Shown: positions 34,019 through 43,260, numbered from the stretch's first letter. The stretch is 64,000 bases of DNA from an uncultured Candidatus Binatia bacterium (GCA_965213675.1 OZ243916.1:3680001-3744000); one strand, 5' to 3'. Program-made: numbers and translations. Notes: generated by a model not told the origin, from the letters alone.

Positions 34019-34119
34019 TTGTCAACCCCTCGGCCAAGTCTCTTCCGCCGTGCTCCAATGCGGACCCGGGCTGGAAGTTGCACGATGCCTTCCGTCCCTT
34101 GATCGGGTTGTTCTGTGCA

Positions 34120-34275
34120 GTCATAATGAAACCGTCCCAATCTATAACGAAACATCGTCATGGAAAATTCGGTGCTCGCAATGCCATTATCATGGCAATT
34201 TCCGTCCGACCACAAAGTTAAGTATACATAACTAGTTGGAAGTAAACAACTTATTTTGCACTGTTATGTACACAT
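34120..34275. promoter_or_regulatory. AT-rich intergenic regulatory region upstream of the giant gene
   Basis: Sharp GC drop with short direct repeats: ATAA(T/C)GAAAC x2 at 21-bp spacing and GTA(T/A/C)ACA x3. Confidence 0.45.
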
Positions 34276-34510
34276 CCCGCGCACGGTCTTCGCTCCCTAC
34301 GTTCGATCAAGGCCCCAACCTTCGTTGTTGCAACGAGGACGTTGTCGTTCAGGGCGTGCGTGGGTGGATCCTGTCCGGACAGACTCCTGTCCGGCGACAG
34401 AATTCCTTGTGCAGCTTGTGGCGGGGAGCGTGAGGAACACAACGGCAGCTTGACAGCCGCCTGCAAATGTTCGATTCCGTGAGTCTACTAGTCTGAGCGG
34501 GAGGCGGATT

Positions 34511-35326
34511 ATGAAAACGCGGATTCGGCACATTGCTCTCAACACGGAGAACTGGGACCGGATGGCCCGGTTCTATCAGAGCATTTTCAGCATGAAGAAG
34601 ATCACCACCGGAATGACCGATGAGAAGGGTAACTACAACCCCAACCGTGGCCACATCAGCGACGGCGTCATCGGCTTCGCCATGCTGCAGAAACATCCGG
34701 GAAACCAGTCCGGGCTCGATCACTTCGGCTTCGAGGTGGAGGAGATACCGCTGGTGCTGGAGCGCATGCGTGACGACTATCCGGAACTCCTGGTGGCCAA
34801 GAGCCTGGCCCACGTGCCCTTCTCGGTCTCCCGCGGCACTGATCCATGCGGCACCCAATACGATATTTCCCAGAAGGGTGTGGCCAAGGTGCGCGAGGGC
34901 TACCTGGAGGACGGCTGGGAGCAGCCGCGCCAGATCAGCCACATCGCCATCCGCTCGAAGCAGCCCGAGCGGGTGGCGGAGTTCTATCACAAGGTGTTCG
35001 AACTTGATGCCGGTGAAGGGCCGGGACCCGATGGAAGTTTCCGTGTGACCGACGGCCAGGTGGAGTTGCTCGTGCGCCCGTGCGACAACTCGCTTTACCG
35101 GGGCATGCGCGAGGGCCTGGATCACATCGGCTTCCGCGTCGAGAACATGGAGCAGACCCGGAAGGAAATCGAAGAACTGAGTGAATCGGTCCCCGAATCC
35201 GCCCCCGCCAACCTGGACGCCGGCCGCTTCGGCCCCATGACCCGCGCCGACCTCGAAGGCTGCGTCATCGGCCAGTACGCCATGGCCGACCCGGACGGGG
35301 TGCTGCTGGATCTCACCGAGCGATAG
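34511..35326 (+). CDS. VOC/glyoxalase-family protein (two VOC modules)
   Basis: IRHIAL..FY..F, GLDHFGF, ISHIAI, GLDHIGF and DPDG motifs; GGAGG RBS. Confidence 0.85.
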   Translation: MKTRIRHIALNTENWDRMARFYQSIFSMKKITTGMTDEKGNYNPNRGHISDGVIGFAMLQKHPGNQSGLDHFGFEVEEIPLVLERMRDDYPELLVAKSLAHVPFSVSRGTDPCGTQYDISQKGVAKVREGYLEDGWEQPRQISHIAIRSKQPERVAEFYHKVFELDAGEGPGPDGSFRVTDGQVELLVRPCDNSLYRGMREGLDHIGFRVENMEQTRKEIEELSESVPESAPANLDAGRFGPMTRADLEGCVIGQYAMADPDGVLLDLTER

Positions 35327-35360
35327 GGCAACGGGGATCGTGCCGGGCGGCTGCCCGCGT

Positions 35361-36719
35361 CTATGCGTCCCGGGGCGTCGCCGCGCGAGCGAGGGCGCCC
35401 GCGTCCTCCAGTTCCGCGACGCCCCGGCAGGCACGGATCATCGCTTGGGTCGAAGCCTCTCCCAGCAGCGGATCGGCCAGGGCGTGGACCTTGGCGTCCA
35501 TGTCCTTGTCGGACAGCGGGCGTTCCAGGCTGCCCGAGGCGTGCTCAACGACTTCCTCGACGGTGCGGCCACCCTTCAGGCGGATCGTGACCACGGCGCC
35601 GGCTTCGCGGATGTTCTTGTCGGCGACCGTGGAAACGCGGTCGCGCACCGCCTTGACGGCTGGGTGCCGCACCACCGCGTCGGTAAACTCGGCCACGCCC
35701 ACGCGCCCGAGCACCAAGGCGGCGCCGGCGGCGTGGTACACGCTGAACTTGCCCTGGAGGCCGGTTTCCGGAGTCTTGTTCCCGGTGAGTTCCAGCACCA
35801 GCGGGTGTACGCGCAGCTCCACGGACTCGATGTCGTCGCCCGTGAGGCCGTGTCGCCGTTTCAGGCTGATGCAGCCGTCGAGGCTCGGGTGGATGACGAC
35901 GCCGCAGGGGTAGGGCTTGTAGGTGTTGAGCCGGCTCTCGTAGGTCTCGCCCAAGCCGTCGCAGATGGCGGCGTAGTCCTGCTTCGTGGACAGGACCCGG
36001 GCGAAGCCGCGCGGCGCCTCGATGGCGCGCTCGGAGCCGGTGAGTCCTTGGGCGGCCAGGAACGCGGCGGCGAGGCCGTTCTGCGCCGCCCGTCCGACGT
36101 GGAAGGGCTTCAGCATGGTGCCGAACATCTCCCGCAGGCCCGCGGCCTGGGTGGCGGCGCCAGCCAGCGCCCAGCACAGGCGTTGCGCGTCGAGCCCCAA
36201 CAGGCGGCCGGCGGCGGCGGCGGCGCCGAAGACTCCGGCGGTGCCGGTGATGTGCCAGCCCACATCGTAGTGGTCCGGGTAGACGGCGTTGCCGATGCGG
36301 CATTCCACCTCGATGCCGAGGATCAGCGCGTGCAGGAAGTCGCGCCCGGAGACGGGCCGGTGCTCGGCCAACGGCGCCAGCGCCGACGCCACCGGCCCTG
36401 CGGGATGGATGATGGTCCGGAGGTGGGTGTCGTCGAAATCGAACACGTGGGAGCTGATGCCGTTGAGCAGCGCCGCATGAAGCACGTCCACCCGCTCCAC
36501 GCGGCCCAGTACCGACGCCTGGGGTTGTCCCATGAAGGGGCCCAGCGCCCGCAACGCGATGTCCACCGATTCGTGCCCCGATCCCCCCACCGCGCAGCCC
36601 ATCCAGTTGAGCAGCGTGCGCGCGGCTTCATCGCGCACGGCGGCGGGGATCGTGTCGAAGTTCGAATCGCAGATCCACTGCGCCAGTCGTTTCGTGACTT
36701 CCATCTCGGATGTTTTCAT
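35361..36719 (-). CDS. MmgE/PrpD family protein
   Basis: NGISSHVFDFDDTH, IHP, GWHITGT, KPYPCG and GKFS motifs. Start moved to ATG 36719 (MKTSEMEV, GGAG RBS) because the upstream extension is a REP element. Confidence 0.9.
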   Translation of the reverse strand: MKTSEMEVTKRLAQWICDSNFDTIPAAVRDEAARTLLNWMGCAVGGSGHESVDIALRALGPFMGQPQASVLGRVERVDVLHAALLNGISSHVFDFDDTHLRTIIHPAGPVASALAPLAEHRPVSGRDFLHALILGIEVECRIGNAVYPDHYDVGWHITGTAGVFGAAAAAGRLLGLDAQRLCWALAGAATQAAGLREMFGTMLKPFHVGRAAQNGLAAAFLAAQGLTGSERAIEAPRGFARVLSTKQDYAAICDGLGETYESRLNTYKPYPCGVVIHPSLDGCISLKRRHGLTGDDIESVELRVHPLVLELTGNKTPETGLQGKFSVYHAAGAALVLGRVGVAEFTDAVVRHPAVKAVRDRVSTVADKNIREAGAVVTIRLKGGRTVEEVVEHASGSLERPLSDKDMDAKVHALADPLLGEASTQAMIRACRGVAELEDAGALARAATPRDA

Positions 36720-36757
36720 CGGAAGGACTCCGTCAACGGGCTGGCAACCGCCGTCCC

Positions 36758-36807
36758 TGGATTCCCGCCCCCGATCGGGGTCGAGGGCAAGCATTCGCGG
36801 GAATGAC
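36758..36807. repeat. REP-like palindromic element with internal insert
   Basis: TGGATTCCCGCC-[CCCGATCGGGGTCGAGGGCAAGCA]-TTCGCGGGAATGAC. Confidence 0.7.
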
Positions 36808-37011
36808 ATGCTTGTGGGACCGTTTGACATATCGGTGGGATCGTTTTTCGTCCGCATGTGTGCCGGTGGCACGCCGACTTGGCATGACGGAAGGGGAGCA
36901 TCGGACTATCGAACAGCCTTGGCATCATCCTTGACAAGGTGCGTTGTCGTCTTCAATGTTGAGACCATACATGGGACGTGCAAATGTACCGCGAATCGAC
37001 GGAGGTGAGAA

Positions 37012-38133
37012 ATGGACTGTGTAGACGCTGACGGCCACGTGGAAGAGTGCCTGGAGACTTTTGACGACAAGTACCTGGACCCCGGGTTCCGCGGCCAGAA
37101 GCCCCGGGTGGTGGGGGTGGATGGCATGGCCTACTGGATGATCGACGAGCAGCTCTTCCCCCGCCGGGTGGGCCGGGGCTGCAACAACCTGGGAACGCCC
37201 CTGACCATCGACGGCAAGCTCGCGAAACACTCGGTGGGCAAGGTGGACAGCGTCGGCAGCCAGGATCTCACCAACATCTCCGAGCGGCTGGCGATCATGG
37301 ACGAGGAGGAGATCGCCGTCCAGGTGGTTTACACGACCCTGTTCCTTGCCTATCCGCTGACCAGCAACGTTCCCCTGGCCACGGCGTTGTGCGATTCGTA
37401 CAACCGCTGGCTGGGGGACCGGCTGGGCGGCAACGACCGCATCAAGTGGGCCGCGGTGGTGAACCTCGACGACGTGGGCGGCGCGGTGCGCTCCGTGAAC
37501 GAGGCGGCGAAGCTGGGCGCTGTTTCGGTCATGGTGCTGGGGACCGCGGGCGACCGGCTGCTGGACGACGACGACCTGCTGCCCTTCTATGAGGCGGTGG
37601 AAGGAAACAATCTCGCGCTGGGTGTTCACGTAGGCTGGTCCTGCCCCTCGGTGAACAACCTCTACTCGCACATCTATCCCTCGGGCGTCATCGCGTTTCA
37701 CATGCCTGTGCTGATGGCCTGCACCTCGCTCATCGCCGGCGGCATCCTCGACCGCTTCCCGGCCATGCGGGTGGTGTTCCTGGAGGCCGGATGCATGTGG
37801 GTGCCGTTCATGCTCGACCGGCTGAAGCACCGCTACGAGAACCAGGGCGAACTGCTGCTGAAGTTCATTCCCGAGTGCGTGCCGCGGCAGGCTCTGCCCG
37901 CCATGGACTACGTCGAGAAGGGGAACCTCTTCTTCAGCGCCGAAATCGAGGACTCGCTGTTGCCGCAGGTGATGGACCTGGTGGGGCAGGAGCAGATCGT
38001 CATGGGGACGGACATGCCCCACGGCGACCGGGAGCGCTTCGCCGCGCGCATGCTGCGGGAGCGCGCCGACATTTCCGGCGCCGCCAAGGACGCGATACTG
38101 GACGGCAACCCGAGGCGGCTCTACGCGCTGTAG
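37012..38133 (+). CDS. Amidohydrolase family protein (amidohydrolase_2 type)
   Basis: DADGHVEE, YNRWL, LGVHVG, FLEAG and MGTDMPHGD motifs; GGAGG RBS. Confidence 0.9.
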   Translation: MDCVDADGHVEECLETFDDKYLDPGFRGQKPRVVGVDGMAYWMIDEQLFPRRVGRGCNNLGTPLTIDGKLAKHSVGKVDSVGSQDLTNISERLAIMDEEEIAVQVVYTTLFLAYPLTSNVPLATALCDSYNRWLGDRLGGNDRIKWAAVVNLDDVGGAVRSVNEAAKLGAVSVMVLGTAGDRLLDDDDLLPFYEAVEGNNLALGVHVGWSCPSVNNLYSHIYPSGVIAFHMPVLMACTSLIAGGILDRFPAMRVVFLEAGCMWVPFMLDRLKHRYENQGELLLKFIPECVPRQALPAMDYVEKGNLFFSAEIEDSLLPQVMDLVGQEQIVMGTDMPHGDRERFAARMLRERADISGAAKDAILDGNPRRLYAL

Positions 38134-38153
38134 GACCGCCTACGACCCGGAAA

Positions 38154-38192
38154 CTGGCCCCCGCGCCGGCCGAGGAACGACGCGGGGGCCAG
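38154..38192. terminator. GC-rich hairpin between convergent genes (possible bidirectional terminator)
   Basis: Perfect 12-bp inverted repeat CTGGCCCCCGCG / CGCGGGGGCCAG; no U-tract. Confidence 0.5.
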
Positions 38193-38200
38193 ACACCACA

Positions 38201-38968
38201 CTAGAGCCGGAAGAGATCTCTGATGAGGTCTGGCGCACGGACGGTCCGTCCGTTCCGGATCATGCAGCCGGCCCAGGAGTCCAGGTAGTCGGCGAAAGTC
38301 CCGTCGGCGCCGGGCTCCCATCGGTTCAGCCAGCCACAATCCCGCCATAGCAGCGGGTCCTCATTGAAGCGACCGAGCAGGGCGATGGCCACAACGCCAT
38401 TGAGTTCCCGTCTGTATGGATCGGTTTCCAGCGTCGCGATGTTCGCGCTCAGCCATTCCGGAAGAGGGCCGTTCAAAGGCGCTCTCCACTTGGCCTGGAT
38501 GTCCTCGGCATAGGTTCGGTGGTTCGGCGCAAAGGTCTTGGCCCCAATGATTTCGGGAGGTGGCGTTCTGTCCCAGAGCGCGGCAAGACGATGCAGGACG
38601 AATAGAGACGCCAACTGGCAAACGGTTTCCTCGAACCATTTGTGCCTGTGGTTCCGGTAGCGATCGAAGCGGGTCATCACGTGACAGAGTTCATGTGAGA
38701 ACTGATACACGTACTGGCACCAGTACCGGTCCCGCGCACTCAGGCGGATTTCGTAGGGGCGTCTGTCGTGGAGCGTACGGGGGTCCTGGTCCCAGCGGGC
38801 CACGTGTATGGGAGCGTCGGGGGGCGTCCCGAACGCGTCCGTCAAGACGTCGCAGGCGGATTGGAGCACGGCAAGCACCGCCGTCAGGCTCGTCGCACCC
38901 CAGTTGTCGTTCGCCACCACCAGCGACGGCCCCGTATCCGATGCGGCTGTGGCCAAACGCTGGATCAT
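38201..38968 (-). CDS. Hypothetical protein with HEXXH zinc-metallopeptidase-like motif
   Basis: YQFSHELCHV followed by WFEE (possible third Zn ligand). ATGA overlap with the upstream ATPase gene. Confidence 0.72.
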   Translation of the reverse strand: MIQRLATAASDTGPSLVVANDNWGATSLTAVLAVLQSACDVLTDAFGTPPDAPIHVARWDQDPRTLHDRRPYEIRLSARDRYWCQYVYQFSHELCHVMTRFDRYRNHRHKWFEETVCQLASLFVLHRLAALWDRTPPPEIIGAKTFAPNHRTYAEDIQAKWRAPLNGPLPEWLSANIATLETDPYRRELNGVVAIALLGRFNEDPLLWRDCGWLNRWEPGADGTFADYLDSWAGCMIRNGRTVRAPDLIRDLFRL

Positions 38969-40536
38969 CCGTATGCTCCCGCTATCTGTTCAGCCACCGT
39001 CCAGTCCCCGCTGGCGCCGCGGGTTTCATCGCCCAGCATTCGGCGGAAGTCATTCAAGTCGCGGCACACCCATCCATCGCCAGTCAGCCGGTAACGCTGG
39101 TCTTCCGGGAACACGGGGGCGAAGAGAGCGAACTCCTGGCGCCAGCCATGAAATCGCTTTCCACGACGCGTGGACAAGAAACGCTGCACGTGATCGCGGA
39201 AGTTGGTCCGCGAGGCCCGGTCGTGCTTGCGCGGGTCTCGCTTGCAGGAACCGAAACGCACGCAACGACGGTCCTCGTTCCATGCGACCAGGTCGATCTC
39301 GATGGACGCCGCATGCTCGCGCGGGCGATTCCAGTAGCCCCGAACCAGATCCGTCAGGGGAAAGTCCCGGTCACCTGCTCGGGAGGCCTCTTCGCTCGCC
39401 TCGCGTACCATCCGCTCGAATGCCCAACCTTCGAGATCGGCGAGTCGGGAATGCAGGCGCGCCGCCACCTCGGCAACGGGAAGCACCCTCGCGGCTTGAC
39501 AGGCGGGCTGAAGGACGGACAGCCATGCGCGCAGGAACGGATCGGAGAGATGATAACGCGCCCCGCGACTGTTTTCGTTGGAAAATACCGGAGTCTCCCG
39601 CTCCACCAAGCGCAAGTCCCGAGCCAGGGTTTGCAGGTAAGGCCCGAGACTGGGGATATCGGGGAGGGCTTCGCGTAGTTCCGGATGGCTGCGGCCGCCT
39701 TCCGCCAGGACGCGGAGTACGGCCAGATAGTTGCGGCGAATCTCGAGTCCCAGCAGATTCTCGCCTTCCTCCCGCAACGGCGCGTCGGCACGAAGAAACA
39801 GTCTCGCACATAATTCCCCAACCCATTCTCGCCAATTCGAAAGCGCGTCGAGACCACGGGCTTCGGCGAAGTGCCGCCAGTATTTGGGCACGCCGCCGAA
39901 GAGGGTCCATGCAGTGAGGCCATACCGCGGGTCGGCCGCGCCGTGGCGGGCGGCCACCTCGAAAACCGTGCGCAAGTCCCACGGGTCGAGTGTGAAGCTG
40001 AAGGTGGTTCTCCCGTACAGCGGTGCGCGCCGGTCATTGAGCAGTGCTTCCATCTCCGTCTGAACGGAGCCGAGGACGATGAGCCCGCCACCAGAGACGC
40101 GATCCTGGATCCGGTCCACCTGGGCCTGCAGCAGTGACGGGAAGACGCGCAACGGACCTTGGTGGCACACCTGAAATTCATCAAGGGCGACTGCGGCGCC
40201 TGCCTCGCAAAGAGAGCCGATGGCGCTGGCCACCGCCGGCAGATCCCGCACCTGATCCAATCCGTTCAACAGGTGTTTCAGGTCGGTATTGCGCACGGTG
40301 TTGCGGAACACCGCGGCGAGGTCGCCGGGGCCGCCCTCGGGCAGTTGGACCATCAACACGGGTCGTGGGTTCTGTTCGTCCTGCTCCAATGTGGCCAGAG
40401 CCTGCTGGATGAGGGCGGTCTTGCCGATGCGCCGCCGCCCCCGGATGGCGCCGAAGAACCAGCGGCCCGAGCGCATGGTTTCAAGAAGGCAGCCGAGTTC
40501 GTCCCGGCGTCCGTAGAAGTCCCAGTCACGAATCAT
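38965..40536 (-). CDS. Archaeal-type P-loop ATPase (COG1672/ATPase_2-like) with C-terminal DUF234-like PD-(D/E)XK-type domain
   Basis: FYGRRDEL, Walker A GRRRIGKT, Walker B VALDEFQ, PLYGR, GGVPKY, DPFLRAW, FE, GYW, EIDLVA..FGSCK. Confidence 0.87.
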   Translation of the reverse strand: MIRDWDFYGRRDELGCLLETMRSGRWFFGAIRGRRRIGKTALIQQALATLEQDEQNPRPVLMVQLPEGGPGDLAAVFRNTVRNTDLKHLLNGLDQVRDLPAVASAIGSLCEAGAAVALDEFQVCHQGPLRVFPSLLQAQVDRIQDRVSGGGLIVLGSVQTEMEALLNDRRAPLYGRTTFSFTLDPWDLRTVFEVAARHGAADPRYGLTAWTLFGGVPKYWRHFAEARGLDALSNWREWVGELCARLFLRADAPLREEGENLLGLEIRRNYLAVLRVLAEGGRSHPELREALPDIPSLGPYLQTLARDLRLVERETPVFSNENSRGARYHLSDPFLRAWLSVLQPACQAARVLPVAEVAARLHSRLADLEGWAFERMVREASEEASRAGDRDFPLTDLVRGYWNRPREHAASIEIDLVAWNEDRRCVRFGSCKRDPRKHDRASRTNFRDHVQRFLSTRRGKRFHGWRQEFALFAPVFPEDQRYRLTGDGWVCRDLNDFRRMLGDETRGASGDWTVAEQIAGAYG

Positions 40537-40540
40537 GACT

Positions 40541-40564
40541 ATAGCGTAATTTTTTTTACACTAT
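40541..40564. promoter_or_regulatory. AT-rich palindrome directly upstream of the ATPase start (putative operator/leaderless promoter)
   Basis: ATAGCGTAA-T6-TTACACTAT (1 mismatch), 4 nt from ATG 40536; no SD. Confidence 0.5.
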
Positions 40565-40665
40565 GGATCAAGGGCGAACAAAGACTTCCCCGTCGCGGGG
40601 AGTGTCTTCCGCTCCCGCCACTGGTGAGCCTTCGGTTGATGGAGACTTCGCGAGATTGTGGCTGC

Positions 40666-41682
40666 CTACGTCAATCGCGGCGCCACTTTCTCTGTCAACA
40701 GCCGGATGGAGTTGAGGACCTGGTCGTGGGGGATCTGGCCGCCGTGGTTGACGTCCAGAATCATGCCGGTCAAGCCGGTGCGCTCGCGGAATTCCTCGAT
40801 GCGGTCGATGACCGATTCGGGGGAGCCGTAGATGACGCGGGTGCGCAGGAACGAGTCGTAGTCTTCCAGGAACGCCTGGGCCTGGGCCACGCGGTCGGCG
40901 GCATTCATGGCCGTGGCCTCGGCGATGACGCGGTTGAGGTCGTGGACCACGCTGGCCCGGGGAATGTCCCGCGCCGCGTTTTCCGACTCGGCGACGAAGA
41001 TGGGCACGCGCACGTGGATCTCGGGCGGCTCGGCGTGGCCCGCGGCCTGCCATTCCTCGCGATAGATCGCCAGGCGGTCCTCGTAGTAGTCGCCCATGAA
41101 CCACAGTACGACGTGGTAACCGCTGCGGGCGGTGTGGGCGAAGCCCTCCGGCGTGCGCACGGCCATGTAGATGGGAGGATGGGGCTGCTGGAGCGGGCGC
41201 GGCGAAATGCTCACGTCGTGATACGAGTAGTAGTCGCCTTCGAAGGAGAAGGTCTCCTGGGTGAACGCGCGCATGACGATCTCGAACGACTCGGCGAAAC
41301 GCGCCGGGCTTTCCGAGTAGGGAATGTTGAAGCCGTCGTAGAACTTGGGGATGCTGCTGCGGCCGATACCGAAGTCGAAGCGGCCGTGGCTGATGTGGTC
41401 GATGGACGCCACCTCTTCGGCAATGCGCAGGGGGTTTCCCAGGGGCAGCACCTGCACCGCCGTGCCAATGCGCACGCGCTCGGTGCGCGCCGCGATGGCC
41501 CCGGCCACCATCATGGAGGCGGAGAGTACCGACGCCTTGGGCCGGAAATGGTGCTCGACGATCCAGATGGAGTCCAGCCCCATGGATTCGGCGGCATCCA
41601 CCTGATCGAACAATTCGTCGAAGGCGAGGGTCTGCGTCCGACCTTCGCGAACGTGGCAATCAACCAACAAACCGAGTTTCAT
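40666..41682 (-). CDS. LLM-class flavin-dependent oxidoreductase (luciferase-like)
   Basis: WIVEHHF, RIGTAV, PLRIAEE, GRFDFGIGR, PLQQPHPPI and GSPESV motifs. Confidence 0.92.
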   Translation of the reverse strand: MKLGLLVDCHVREGRTQTLAFDELFDQVDAAESMGLDSIWIVEHHFRPKASVLSASMMVAGAIAARTERVRIGTAVQVLPLGNPLRIAEEVASIDHISHGRFDFGIGRSSIPKFYDGFNIPYSESPARFAESFEIVMRAFTQETFSFEGDYYSYHDVSISPRPLQQPHPPIYMAVRTPEGFAHTARSGYHVVLWFMGDYYEDRLAIYREEWQAAGHAEPPEIHVRVPIFVAESENAARDIPRASVVHDLNRVIAEATAMNAADRVAQAQAFLEDYDSFLRTRVIYGSPESVIDRIEEFRERTGLTGMILDVNHGGQIPHDQVLNSIRLLTEKVAPRLT

Positions 41683-41849
41683 CCCGTCATCCCCGTTGCG
41701 CGGCCCAACGTATCCTTTGCATGTTGGCGCCGTCGCCTTTGTCTACCCGCGCGGACCGACACCGGGGTGAGCATGGAACCCACCCCCAGTGTCGCTCGCG
41801 GAGGCTCTTCTCGCGTTGTGTATGCCCGGCTGTGCGGGACGGGCCTGGA

Positions 41850-42920
41850 CTATGCTGCCTGCAGGTCCCTGTAGTGGAAGTCCTTGGAGATGGGCGCCAG
41901 GCCGCTGGCGATGACCGACCAGCTTTCGCCGGCGTCGTCGCTGCCGTAGATCTCCCCGCTGGTGGTGGCGGCGAAGACCGAAACCGAATCGCCCGAGGCT
42001 TCCAGGCACAGCGCTTCGACGCTCGCCTGCAGGCGGTCCGGGAGTCCGTTGCGCAGGATCTCCCAGGTTTGCCCGCCGTCCGTGCTGCGCGAGATGCGCG
42101 CGCCCGCGAAATGCGTCCGTTGCCACTGGCCCGGGTTGTACTGTGCCGCGCTCAGGAACATCATGTCGGGATTCAGCGGATTGAGCACGCATCCGTCGGG
42201 ATAGTCGCCGTTCTCACACGGCCGCACGAGCCGCTCCTCAAAGTTCTTGCCGCCGTCCGCGGAGACGTACAACCCGCGTCCGGTCACTTCATACAGGCGA
42301 TGGGAGTCCTGCGGGTGGATCACCAGCCGGTGGGCGTCCTCGTAGATTCCGAGAAGCTCTTCGAAGGACTCGCCGCGGTCCCGGCTCCTCAGGAGGCCGC
42401 CGACTTCCACGCTCACGTACACGGTGTCGGGGTCGTGGGGGTCGAAGTTGATGTGCTTGGCGTGGGCGATGTGCGGCGGCACCGGGAACTTCCATTTGGG
42501 CACGCTGGGCACGGATCGGAACGCCGGCAGCTCGGTCCAGTGCTCCCCCATGTCGTCGCTGCAGAACAGGTGCGCCGGCTCGGTGCCGGCATAGAGCCGG
42601 GTGCGGCCGTTGCTGCGGGACGAATTGACGCTGTAGACGTCCCGTTCGGTCAACCCGTTCTCGCGCGCCTCCCAGGTGGCGCCATGGTCCGCGCTCACGT
42701 GCAGGCCGGCGTGAAACGCGCCGACGAAGAACAGGCCGCTCTCCGGTTCCTGGTGGATGGCGCTGATGTGCTTGTCCTCCAGCATGTGGCGCGCGACGCG
42801 CCAGCCGCCGGAGTCGCGCTCCAGCACCGCGATGCCTTTCCGGGTTCCCACCCACAACTCGTCGGAGCGGGAGGGGGATGAATACATGGTGGTTCCGCCG
42901 TGGGACAGTGCGATGGACAT
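41850..42920 (-). CDS. BNR/Asp-box repeat beta-propeller protein
   Basis: Repeated SxDxGxxW/F boxes. Start at ATG 42920 with AAGGAGG RBS. Confidence 0.85.
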   Translation of the reverse strand: MSIALSHGGTTMYSSPSRSDELWVGTRKGIAVLERDSGGWRVARHMLEDKHISAIHQEPESGLFFVGAFHAGLHVSADHGATWEARENGLTERDVYSVNSSRSNGRTRLYAGTEPAHLFCSDDMGEHWTELPAFRSVPSVPKWKFPVPPHIAHAKHINFDPHDPDTVYVSVEVGGLLRSRDRGESFEELLGIYEDAHRLVIHPQDSHRLYEVTGRGLYVSADGGKNFEERLVRPCENGDYPDGCVLNPLNPDMMFLSAAQYNPGQWQRTHFAGARISRSTDGGQTWEILRNGLPDRLQASVEALCLEASGDSVSVFAATTSGEIYGSDDAGESWSVIASGLAPISKDFHYRDLQAA

Positions 42921-43151
42921 GGCTGTGCCTCCTTGGACGAAAGGGCTCGGGACGTGCGCCGCGCGATGATCGTGGCCGGACGCGGAAGCCCGCGTGTGAA
43001 AACGAAGCGGACGGAAAGGGACCCTCCGCCTATGCAAGGCGGTACACCTTCGCTATGGTGGTGTCAAGCATTGCAAGGCCGGGCCGGCGGGCGTGAAAGC
43101 GGGCTGTGCCTGATCCCGCCCGGACACGAACCGGCGCCAGCGGCCCGGACC

Positions 43152-43177
43152 GTCATTCCCGCGGAAGCGGGAATCCA
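43152..43177. repeat. REP-like palindromic element
   Basis: GTCATTCCCGCGGAAGCGGGAATCCA: ATTCCCGC/GCGGGAAT stem; intergenic. Confidence 0.75.
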
Positions 43178-43260
43178 TGGATGGTGGGGTGGGGAACAAG
43201 GACCGTGGGTTGCAGCTTTGTGACCCCCTGAAGGACCCGCCCGCATTGCATCTTCATATC

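Noticed and set aside
33994-34025. TTGACA (minus strand, 34025-34020) as a -35 box
   Set aside because: No acceptable -10 at 16-18 bp. It is better explained as the spacer between the SD and ATG 34018.
33576-34235. Plus-strand ORF with (LGSAR)n and minus ORF 33732..34124 with (EPSRA)n as independent genes
   Set aside because: Alternative readings of the SSR. The minus one matters only as an alternative phase of the adhesin.
36720-36872. N-terminal extension of the MmgE/PrpD ORF
   Set aside because: It translates a REP element; a better start with RBS lies at 36719.
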